From Macrostomum lignano (lineage: Eukaryota), in the NCBI GenBank assembly GCA_002269645.1, contig NIVC01004064.1, forward strand, positions 1-62,014: 62,014 nucleotides of DNA. The letters are read 5' to 3'. How positions within the stretch are numbered: the first letter of the stretch is position 1; every line of letters starts with the position of its first letter. Both the position numbers and the translations under genes were made by a program. Positions 14,462-24,082 of this stretch are shown here, piece after piece. The notes beneath the pieces are model-generated. The model saw only the letters and a list, made by a program, of their open reading frames with translations. It was not told where the DNA came from and ran no database searches.

Positions 14462-14519
14462 CAGGGTTTTTAAAAAATGTTTTGACGTTCAATGCGCGGT
14501 GCCTTTGATGCTCAAGTGT

Positions 14520-15325
14520 TCGGTGTCTTTGATATTCAGTGTCAGTGTCTGATGTTCTGTGTGCGGTGTCTTTGATGTTCGATTTGCGGTGTCTTTGATG
14601 TTCAGTGTGCGGTGTCTTTTGTCTTTGATGTTCAGTGTGCGGTGTCTTTTGTCTTTGATGTTCAGTGTGCGGTGTGTCTTTGATGTTCAGTGTGCGATGT
14701 GTCTTTGATGTTCAGTGTGCGGTGTGTCTTTGATGTTCAGTGTGCGGTGTGTCTTTGATGTTCAGTGTGCGGTGTGTCTTTGATGTTCAGTGTGCGGTGT
14801 CTTTTGTCTTTGATGTTCAGTGTGCGGTGTGTCTTTGATGTTCAGTGTGCGGTGTGTCTTTTATGTTCAGTGGGCGGTGTCTTTGATGTTCAGTGTGCGG
14901 TGTGTCTTTTATGTTCAGTGGGCGGTGTCTTTGATGTTCAGTGTGCGGTGTGTCTTTTATGTTCAGTGGGCGGTGTCTTTGATGTTCAGTGTGCGGTGTG
15001 TTTGATGTTCGATTTGCGGTTTCTTTGATGTTCGATTTGCGGTGTCTTTGATGTTCAGCGAGCGGTGTCTTTGATGTTCAGTGTGCGGTGTCTTTGATGT
15101 TCAGTGTGCGGTTTCTTTGATGTTCAGTGTTCGGTGTGTTTGATGTTCGATTTGCTGTGTCTTTGATGTTCAATGTGCGGTGTGTTTTTGATGTTCAGTG
15201 TGCGGTGTGTTTGATGTTCGATTTGCGGTGTCTTTGATGTTCGATTTGCTGTGTCTTTGATGTTCGATTTGCTGTGTCTTTGATGTTCGATTTGCGGTGT
15301 CTTTGATGTCGAATTTGCGGTGCCT
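14520..15325. repeat. 22-25 bp minisatellite (GGTGTCTTTGATGTTCAGTGTGC)
   Basis: Direct reading. Confidence 0.95.
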
Positions 15326-15444
15326 CTGACATCTGCTTAGGCTTCTTTTGTGGTCTGAATTCGATTGCGATATAACATTGTACGAGCGTACTTTGAACAA
15401 TAAATTGAAAAATTAAAATTAAAACCTTTCTCATACTACTTATA

Positions 15445-15547
15445 AGTAGTATACGTTTTTTGACACAAAGCCGATTTCCTTATGGCGAAATACATAGTAA
15501 GTACAGGCCCAAAAAAATGGCAGAGTCCGAAATTTCATGTGCACGCA
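15445..15547 (+). repeat. Left terminal inverted repeat of the Polinton (~103 bp)
   Basis: AGTAGTATACGTTTTTTGACACAAAGCCGATTTCCTTATGGCG...GTGCACGCA is the reverse complement of 30312-30414 apart from two homopolymer-length differences and about 4 substitutions. Its last 25 bp recurs twice more in tandem inward. Confidence 0.95.
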
Positions 15548-16002
15548 GTCTGAAATTCCATGTGCACGCAGTCTGAAATTCCAAGTGCACGCTAAATATC
15601 TTTTACGCAACGTGATAATTCAGACGAATTGCATATCCACCTGTCCAAAATACAAGTAACCGATTCTAGCAATGATGACACAAACACACTTCAAAGGATT
15701 CCATTCAAGACAAATTTACTCCAAAGCTATTCACACATTTCAAGTGTTATTGAAATATTGAAAACTTGTGAATATTATCACCCTTTTGAAGAAAGATAGT
15801 AAATGATCTATTCTTGAGTGCCTATAGAATTTTTGCACCAACTTGAGCAGATGGTTTACAGATACTATGTCAACAACTGCGTCAACATGCTTCTTCTTTA
15901 TACTAAATATATATACGAACACACTGACACAGAAAATATTAAATAACTTAAACCAAGTTTAGATTATACTACTTGTTCAACTATACTTACATCTTAAGTG
16001 AA

Positions 16003-16866
16003 ATGAAGCGATCACGTCAGCAGGAATTGGCCGAGCGCTATGTTAAACAAGGTAAGATAATCACCTACTCTAGTTCAGTTTTCTTTTTTAGATTGACTGT
16101 TCGCTATAGTTTAGTTTCTAGATTGATTGTTAGTTCGGTTTCTGTTTAGACCGATCCTCTGTTTGTTCAGTCTCTAGATTGATTGTCTGCTAGTTCGGTT
16201 TCTGTTTAGACTAATACTCTGCTAGTTCAGAATTTCTAGATTGATTGTCTGCTAGTTCGGTTTCTGTTTAGACTGATTCTCTGCTAGTTCAGTTTCTTTA
16301 TACATTGTATACATGCACCTATACCAAATTTCCCTCATCTTATCCATTATTATATAGCATTCAAGAATGGTTTCTTCACGCGGCCACCTCCAGATCAGTG
16401 CAAACGCATTTGCCACGACACCACCACATCCAATTCTGCTGCAAGAGCATCATATTCTACATCTCTCGCCAGAGTAACCTCGATTCATGTCGAGAGACAG
16501 ACAACTGAGCTAGATCGCATTTACACAAGAACTGATGTTATTCAGTCAATTAGGCAGCAATCGAACCCACGACCAACTGACCAACTGCAGTATGCACCAC
16601 CACCACCATCACCAACCAGCTACAATGACCCAACAAAGCAAACTTGCAGTAAGCCTACAAGTATCAAACCAACGACAGCAACTGAAACACCATCATCATC
16701 AATTGCTATTTCTACCCAAGTTCAACCGCTGCTAAACTCGCCAATTATTGTACAGAAGGACATCAAGTCTGTAAAAGTCTCTCAAATGAGCACAGGCTTC
16801 TACCAAGTAGAATTAGCAAAGACCTGTAATACAACTCAAGTATTTGAATATTGGGACCTATCTTAA
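16003..16866 (+). CDS. Polinton spliced gene of unknown function (~185 aa, P/S/T-rich), exons 16003-16051 + 16358-16866
   Basis: ATG...CAAG|GTAAG donor, TATATAG| acceptor, in-frame phase-1 join MKRSRQQELAERYVKQ-A-FKNGFFTRPPPDQC... The second exon is a 168-codon stop-free frame absent from the ORF track because it has no early start codon. Confidence 0.6.
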
Positions 16867-17114
16867 AAAGACATTTTTTCTAACTCTTCATAAAATTTTG
16901 CCAGCAATGTGTCCAAGTAATTGCTCTTTTAGTATATATCAAACAAGTCTGTAATCAATAATATAATCTTTATAAATTCATTATTCTAAAAAATTCTTTC
17001 AATTTTATTCACCATTCATTGAAATTATTTAATTCAATATAAAGTCAATATCTTGTACAGTCATCATTAAACAAAAATTATTAATCCATGCAAATAATTT
17101 TTTTTTCATACGTT

Positions 17115-18050
17115 TCTTTAGCCATGGTCTGGCTTTTGCCTCAACAGTATGATTTAGCTGTGGTCCAGCTTTTGCCTCAACAGTATGATTTAGCTGTGGT
17201 CCAGCTTTTGCCTCAACAGTATGATTTAGCTGTGGTCCAGCTTTTGCCTCAACAGTATGATTTAGCTGTGGTCCAGCTTTTGCCTCAACAGTATGATTTA
17301 GCTGTGGTCCAGCTTTTGCCTCAACAGTATGATTTAGCTGTGGTCCAGCTTTTGCCTCAACAGTATGATTTAGCTGTGGTCCAGCTTTTGCCTCAACAGT
17401 ATGATTTAGCTGTGGTCCAGCTTTTGCCTCAGCAGTATGATTTAGCCGTGGTCCGGCTTTTTTGCCTCAGCAGTATGATTTAGCTGTGGTCTAGCTTAAA
17501 ACTGCATCAACAGTGATTTAGCTATAGTCCAGGCTTAACTACCTCAACGATGATTTAGCTATAGTCAAGGCTTAACTGTCTCAACAGTAATTTTAGCTGT
17601 TGTCCAGACTTAACTGCCTCAACAGTGATTTTAGCTGTGGTCCAGGCAACTGTCTCAACAGGGATTTAGCTGTAGTCCGATTAGCTTAACTGTCCAGTTA
17701 TTTAGCTGTGAGCCAAGCAGCAGCACCCGTCTCAACAGTGAGAATTAGCTATGGTCAGCTTTACCTCAACTGTGATTTGGCTGCTGTGGTCTAAGCATAA
17801 CTGACTCAACAGTAATTTTAGCTGTAGTCGTCCAGCTTAACCACCCGTCCAGTTTTATAACCATGGTCCAGCTTAACCACCGTCTCAACGTACAGCGATT
17901 TAGTCGTGGTCCAGCTTAACCGTCTCAACGTACAGTGATTTAGCCATGGGTCTAGTAGCAATTAACCGTATCAATAGTGATTTAGCCGTGGTCCAGCTTA
18001 ACTGTCTCAACACAGTAATTTAGCTTAGTCCAAACAGCATTTGTGTGTCA
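17115..18050. repeat. 33 bp minisatellite inside the Polinton (TTAGCTGTGGTCCAGCTTTTGCCTCAACAGTATGA-like), near-perfect to ~17490 then decaying
   Basis: Direct reading. Confidence 0.93.
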
Positions 18051-18735
18051 ACTGCACTGACTGCATGCGGTTATAGCAGCAGCAGTCATTATAGTCCCAA
18101 CAAGCTGCGCGTCGCAGCATGATAGTGTAACTCTATATAGCTTCTGCTCAATATAGGACTGCAAAAGCTGAGTTGCAACTATACCTTTTTCTGTTTGAAA
18201 AGTAACACTCTATATATAGGTTACTCAAGCAATCTCTTGTCACCGTGCGAGCTAAAAAATTCCAACATGCAAGCAAAACTTTCAATAAATTAATTTCATA
18301 GCACCGCGTGCAGCTTATTTTTACTCTAAAATCCAAGATTGCTAATTTTTCAAGTCGCAAAATATTTTAATTACATTCTACTTGAGAACAAAACCAATCT
18401 AATGAAGCAACAACCAGCAGTCTTCTTATTAAACGCTTGCCATCGTGTTACTCTTGCAAATTTATAACTAGTGTGCCTAAGATTCATTAATTTTATTGTA
18501 TAAAATATCAACCTGCATTTGCGTAAAATTAGACCTAATCATGCAACCCGCCCTAGAAACTTATGCCACCTTTGGCACGCAACAATGTCTTAATCAGCAC
18601 GCAACAATTAAATTTGTTTACTAGTTCACAAACAGCATGCAATGCTTGCTATAAATACAAGACCCGAAATGGTCAATTTTTCATGAGCTCAATCATTACA
18701 GCAAAAGAAATACTATATTCAATTGCTTGTAAGAC

Positions 18736-19934
18736 ATGGCAGCTTGCATCAAGACGGAGTCAATTGTACGCTCCGACTCGAGTCCGATTTTCTACGTTGG
18801 AGAGCAGTCTACAGCCACGACTGGTTCGTCCTGCCAGTTTCGATCTATTGCGTGGAAACCATCAATCGAGTGTACAAAATGGTACCCAATTATATTGCAA
18901 ACCAAGGCTCCAATGGAGCTTTTTCGTGGAATCGCAGAAAGGCCAGAGCTCGATCATCCGTCTTGCAGACACGACTCTCGCGACGCAGTAAGTGTCCAAT
19001 TTCATCCAGACAGCTGCGATAAGGAACTCTTCCACTCTCTCCGGTGAGCACCATATTAAATTTATACAATTAATTTTAGGAAACTATATTCATAATTTAT
19101 AAAATGTTTTGCAGTCAAGTCGAAAAAGGTCTATCGGTCAAGTTGAACGAGATTCAAGATGCTCGACCCTTGGCACGACTAACAAAACCAGCTCATCAGC
19201 ATGCTAACGACGTCCTCGAGTTTGTGCCTCAACAATGGCTGGCTATAAAGCCTGCTTACCCTTGTGCCACAATCAGGATCAGCAACGATCATCCACACGG
19301 GAAGGAGGTGTCCATTTCCGATTTCAAAGGTGTCAGCGGTACCTACCAAATGACAGTGCAAGCAACGAGCTTGTATTGTCCAAAAGGCTGCCTCGTCTGG
19401 CGCATTACATTCGCTGTGCGCTCTCTGACACTCATAGAATCTTCCGACAACATGTTGCAGCGCCTCGACATGTTCAAGGGAGTGCTTGCACACCTACCCG
19501 CGACCAAGTCAGCAATTAGAAGCAGGAGTCCGTCCCCAACATCTACCTGTGAGCAAGAAGAAGCAAATGAACAAAGCCTGCAGAATTCAAGCCAGGTGAC
19601 ACCTGCCAAGTCACCTGCAAAGCGTCGGTCTACCACCACCGTATCGAAGAAGTCGACTACATCGAATGCAGCGCCAGCCTCTATTGAACCGCCGCCTAAA
19701 AAGCAAGTTCGAAAACGCAGCGGTGCAAAACAGCAAAACAATTCTGCCGAAGCTGGTGCAGATGGCACAGACTGGGTGGAGGCTCCACCAGCAAAGATCT
19801 TGGTGAGTACACCTGCCTCTGGAACCAGGGTAGCGTCCAAGGAGACAGCATTTTTAAAGCGTGCTGCTGCGGACGCTACTACAGCTAGCGTGTCTTCATC
19901 GGACGACTCGTACAGCAGCTCTGATGATGAGTAA
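18736..19934 (+). CDS. Polinton spliced gene (exons 18736-19043 + 19115-19934, ~375 aa); possible ssDNA-binding/OB-fold protein with acidic tail
   Basis: CG|GTGAG donor and TTTTGCAG|T acceptor join two adjacent ORFs in frame across a 71 nt AT-rich intron. C-terminal half is S/T/K-rich and ends SSDDSYSSSDDE. Function is only inferred. Confidence 0.65.
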
Positions 19935-20144
19935 CAAAATTTTTGACTAATTTTATCTAAGTTTTAACTAACTTATTCCACTATATTTATCAAATTTTTG
20001 GCTAGGGAAATATTATTTTTTAGGGAAAAGCTCAAAACATTTTTTGCTACTCCTTGTACGCTAACCAGGTTTTGTAATTTAATATTAGAATTTACGATAG
20101 TATAGTCATGTTTAACTTTTCTTATTATTTATTTTCCGTTTTAG

Positions 20145-20702
20145 CGACTTGTCCTATTAATAGTTACTGCGAGTCTGAAGCTGCACCCGTTTGAAAAATT
20201 TGATTTAAAGCAGACCAAACAGAAGCTACAGACCAGAAACCGGTTTTGCAAACTATTCCTAAGCCGACCAACAATGCTAAAGACAATTTATTCAAATGCT
20301 AAAATCCAACTTTATCCAGCAGGAAAACTAACTATCTATGGCTGTAAATCAAATTCTCAGATAGTCTCAGTTTTACGATTTATCAACGACACTATTAATT
20401 GTGTAGATTTTGATTCAGTAAAAATTCAGAGCAGTACCTATGTCGGCTTTATTGGTCATCTTTGGCCAAAATTCGGTTTCTCTAGTCTAAAAAGATATGC
20501 AGGCTACTATTCGAATTATCTGGTTGGATACGATGCAGAAAATTTCCCACAAGCAGTTTCTGTTAGATCAGCATCAAAACCAAGGCTTTTTTGTAACATA
20601 TTTTTTTCGAAAAAGTTTGTTATTATGGGCGTTCAAAACACTCATGAATTGAATAATATTCTTAACCATGTCAAGGATTTTTTAATCTCTGTTAATAACT
20701 AA
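20145..20702 (+). CDS. TATA-binding-protein-like protein (Polinton-encoded)
   Basis: Two TBP-like repeats: KIQLYPAGKLTIYGCKS and YDAENFPQAVSVR...CNIFFSKKFVIMGVQNTHEL (compare TBP YEPELFPGLIYR...LLIFVSGKIVLTGAK). Open frame extends 43 codons upstream of ATG 20274 to a strong acceptor at 20144, total 185 aa. Confidence 0.72.
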   Translation, partial: RLVLLIVTASLKLHPFEKFDLKQTKQKLQTRNRFCKLFLSRPTMLKTIYSNAKIQLYPAGKLTIYGCKSNSQIVSVLRFINDTINCVDFDSVKIQSSTYVGFIGHLWPKFGFSSLKRYAGYYSNYLVGYDAENFPQAVSVRSASKPRLFCNIFFSKKFVIMGVQNTHELNNILNHVKDFLISVNN

Positions 20703-20925
20703 ACTTAACAAGTAAACAATTGCTGTCAAATCGCAGTTGCGATGCATTCTTTTACAAACATTTTGTCTTTTTTTATTTATTTACCAATTGTTTTCTCTAA
20801 TAGTAAACGTGTCAGCTATACCTATAACTAACCAAATCATCATTTTTCTTACAGCCGCAAATGACAAACCGGATCATCTATTAATATTATGCTCGATACG
20901 CTCGTTGTCGAGCTAGGTGCACACA

Positions 20926-22023
20926 ATGCCGCGTGCACAATGCCAAATCTGCAGAAAAAAGTTCAGTAATCAAGCCGAGCTGCATGCTCACTCGCATGGT
21001 GCTTGTTTTTCACCGCAACGATTACTGACCGGATCGCTGCAAAACCTGATCGAAAACCCACCAGATGGGTGGTCCATCGCTTTGCGCGAGTCAGCTCATC
21101 GTGGTCGGGTAAATTTTGTCGAATTTACTCCCACTCTTGAACAACAAGGCAACAGCTCTGGCGAGTTACTTCCTGGCGAGTTGATTGCGTCTTTAAGAGA
21201 ACCAATATTTAAAATATTGGAAAAAATTGGCTCACCCAGTTTATTAATAAGAGTCTGCTTTCACTTGAAAGTGACACTATTTCGACCGAAAACAGCAGCA
21301 GACGACAACGATGGCTCGAGCAGCGAAGAGATCATTTCGGTCTATTTTAATACCAACATTGCGACAATATCATTTGATGAGACGATTGCAAACAGTGACA
21401 TGCTGTTATCTCCCGAGGCCTACAATGACTGGTTCGCACGCGTTATTAATCAGTTGTTAATAAAAATTGACAATTTTCAATCTCGAGGTAGTAATTGGCA
21501 ATATAGAGCAATCGAGCAGCTAGACTTGATGCTCTGCGTTTATCGCAAAAGCCATGCAAGCACACTGTCAACAAATACGTCCCACGGTGGTGTGGGGGCG
21601 GGCGGCGGCAGTGGTGGTGGTGGCGGCGGTGGTGGTGGTGGTGGTGGCGGCGGTGGTGGTGGTGGTGGTGGCGGCGGCGGCGGCGGCGGCGGGCGCGGGG
21701 AGTCCGGTCCAGTCCGGTCCGGTCCAGTCCGGTCCGGTCTGGTTAAGCAGCAATCGTTTAAAGTTCCAGTCTCAATCGGTCGCAAAGCTGGAGCAGTACT
21801 GCTTCTAAAGCCGCACAGAGCAGTTTAAAGCATCAAGACTATTTAAGAGTCTTACACAAGCGACAACTTGTGTTTTCGCGCATGCAGTCCATTCGTTCTC
21901 GAAAACAGAAAGTTTTTTTTGATGCAACAAAGAAAACTTGCACTAAGCTTCTTCGATACGAAGCGATCCTGGACAAGTTCAATTAATTCGCTACCCTTTG
22001 GACACTGGCACTTGGCTAATTAA
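20926..22023 (+). pseudogene. Protein-primed DNA polymerase B with internal deletion (N-terminal region fused out of frame to extreme C-terminus)
   Basis: N-terminus has a C2H2 finger (CQIC...HAHSH) and IDNFQSRGSNWQYRAIEQLDL, typical of Polinton PolB N-termini. After ~21805 another frame reads SKAAQSSLKHQDYLRVL...MQSIRSRKQKVF, then after a T8 frameshift LALSFFDTKRSW...SLPFGHWHL, matching the PolB C-terminus. No exonuclease or polymerase motifs lie between. Confidence 0.78.
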
Positions 22024-22315
22024 TTAACAATATGCTCTGATCTCTTTTGTTGTACAAAGTAATAGCATGCTATAGAAGACTGTAACCCATCATTAATTTT
22101 TTCATTGATCATTATTTACAATAAATAAATGATACCGGCATTCGTTTAAATTATAATTTTAGCACTTTTTTGTGTTTAATTATTTGAAAAAGTATATTTT
22201 TTATAGTTAGATTCTCAAGACTAAGCTTGTGTTTGTAGTAGACGTAAATGTAGTGCTATCGTTCATGTTTCAAGAAAAAAAACTTTTTTTTAAACTTTCA
22301 GCTACAAGAATCGAC

Positions 22316-22798
22316 ATGAATCCCGAGCAGCAGCAGCAACAACAACTAACTGATCGTAAGCTTTTAGTTGAACGTCTATACGATTCGGCAACGATTCCGA
22401 CCCGAAAAACTGTCGGGTCGATCGGGTATGATCTTTGCGCTGGCGTCGATGGTACCATTCCGGCCTACGAGTCCCGGAGTGTGCGAACCGGACTCAAAAT
22501 TCGCTTACCGCCTGGTACCTATGGCAGGATAGCGGGACGTTCCAGCATGGCTCTGCACAGCTTATTTGTTGGCGGTGGCGTAATCGACCCCGACTATACT
22601 GGTGAAATCTGTATAGTCTTGTTTAATTACAGTCCGGAAGACTTTGAGTACTATGCCGGGCTCAGTATTGCACAACTGGTTCTGGAGCAGGCCGTGCTTG
22701 CTTCAGTCTATGTGACTGAAGCAGACAATTCGATTCGGATGATTGAGCCGCCGACCAAGCGGCGCGGCTTTGGCGGCTTTGGCAGCACTGGCCAATAA
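22316..22798 (+). CDS. dut: dUTPase (trimeric type)
   Basis: All five motifs: GYDL, GRSS, GGVIDPDYTGEI, IAQLV, RGFGGFGSTG. Likely start ATG 22316. Confidence 0.96.
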   Translation: MNPEQQQQQQLTDRKLLVERLYDSATIPTRKTVGSIGYDLCAGVDGTIPAYESRSVRTGLKIRLPPGTYGRIAGRSSMALHSLFVGGGVIDPDYTGEICIVLFNYSPEDFEYYAGLSIAQLVLEQAVLASVYVTEADNSIRMIEPPTKRRGFGGFGSTGQ

Positions 22799-22889
22799 GT
22801 ATAATAATAATAATAAACTGATTTTTTTCTTTGGTGATTGGTGCACTATGCGAGAGCTTTGTAAATACTATAAGCAATTTTAAAAATTT

Positions 22890-23333
22890 ATGCCTAAAAT
22901 ATATGTTGTAAAAATGTCTCCAGCGAAAGATCGAGGTTTTAAAAAGAAAAAGAAGAGCATTCGTAAAAAGAAGAAATCTATTAGAAAGATTAATAAAAAG
23001 CAACAAGGTTATGGTGTCGTAAATTGGTTAATTAATCATTTACCATTTGAAGCACATTTACCCGGCGGATATCAGTTTTGTGGTCCAGGTACGCAACTGC
23101 AAGCTAGGCTAGCAAAAGGACAACGAGGAATTAATCGGCTTGACAATTTGTGCATGCTTCACGACGTGGCCTATGATAAAAATTCTGACGTGCAAGAGAG
23201 GTTAAAAGCTGATAAGCTATTAGAATCTGGTGCACGAGAGATTGCCCACGATCCGTCTACTGGTTGGAAAGAAAAACTAGCTGCGAAGTTGGTTACCAAG
23301 GTTATGCAAGTTAAGCAACGCTTTGGTGCTTGA
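22890..23333 (+). CDS. Parvovirus VP1-type phospholipase A2-like protein (PLA2X) with basic N-terminus
   Basis: YQFCGPGT Ca-loop-like motif and INRLDNLCMLHDVAY catalytic HD motif. Confidence 0.88.
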   Translation: MPKIYVVKMSPAKDRGFKKKKKSIRKKKKSIRKINKKQQGYGVVNWLINHLPFEAHLPGGYQFCGPGTQLQARLAKGQRGINRLDNLCMLHDVAYDKNSDVQERLKADKLLESGAREIAHDPSTGWKEKLAAKLVTKVMQVKQRFGA

Positions 23334-23335
23334 AA

Positions 23336-24025
23336 ATGCAGCAGCCATACAATATGCAACTAGCTCACGATTCTACATTTATTATTGCTGGACCTTCAAA
23401 CTCGGGTAAAACTGAATGGACGTTGCGTTTGTTGACTGAACGAAAAGAATTATTTGATAAAAAACCGTGCCGTCTTGTTTGGTGCCATGGATCAAGTTTG
23501 AAACCAGACGATCAACAACGAATTAGAACATGCTGGCAAAAAAGCGGTCTTGACCCTATTGTTTTTGTACCCGAATTCACACCACAGATGATTAATCGTT
23601 TTTTACCACACGATTTGGTTGTTGTTGACGACTTGCAAAGCGAGATTGCTAAGTTGCCAGAATTTACTAGTATGTTTACAAAGCATGCGCATCATATCCC
23701 TTTGACTTGTCTGTACCTTTGTCAAGGTCTTTTTAACAAGTCTGATCCAGAAGCACGCATGCGAAGTTTATCAGCTAGTTATATTTGTCTAACTCGTAGT
23801 GTGCGCGATCGAACCACAGTTGAACATCTCGGTCGACAAATGTATCCGCGTAATAGTAGGTTTCTAGTGAATGTGTATGAAGACGCAACAAATAACAAAC
23901 CTTTTTCATATTTATTCATTGACCTGCGGCAAGTGACACCAGATTTTTTACGATTGAGAACAGGAATATTTTCTGGTGATGAACAAGTTGTCTATACTCG
24001 TGAATGTGATGCAAAGTTTGTGTAA
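23336..24025 (+). CDS. A32/FtsK-like DNA packaging ATPase
   Basis: Walker A GPSNSGKT, Walker B LVVVDDL, and PFSYLFIDL...LRLRTGIF C-terminal motif typical of Polinton ATPases. Confidence 0.93.
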   Translation: MQQPYNMQLAHDSTFIIAGPSNSGKTEWTLRLLTERKELFDKKPCRLVWCHGSSLKPDDQQRIRTCWQKSGLDPIVFVPEFTPQMINRFLPHDLVVVDDLQSEIAKLPEFTSMFTKHAHHIPLTCLYLCQGLFNKSDPEARMRSLSASYICLTRSVRDRTTVEHLGRQMYPRNSRFLVNVYEDATNNKPFSYLFIDLRQVTPDFLRLRTGIFSGDEQVVYTRECDAKFV

Positions 24026-24082
24026 TATTATTATAAGCAAATTATAAACTGTTGTCAATATTAGTTTGTGTTTTATTTCAAA

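Noticed and set aside
18563-18991. 142 aa ORF overlapping the spliced SSB-like gene
   Set aside because: No recognisable motif, and it overlaps a better-supported frame; a small upstream protein cannot be fully excluded.
22229-22315. N-terminal extension of the dUTPase ORF
   Set aside because: Non-ATG start and a T-rich acceptor-like tract; ATG 22316 is more plausible.
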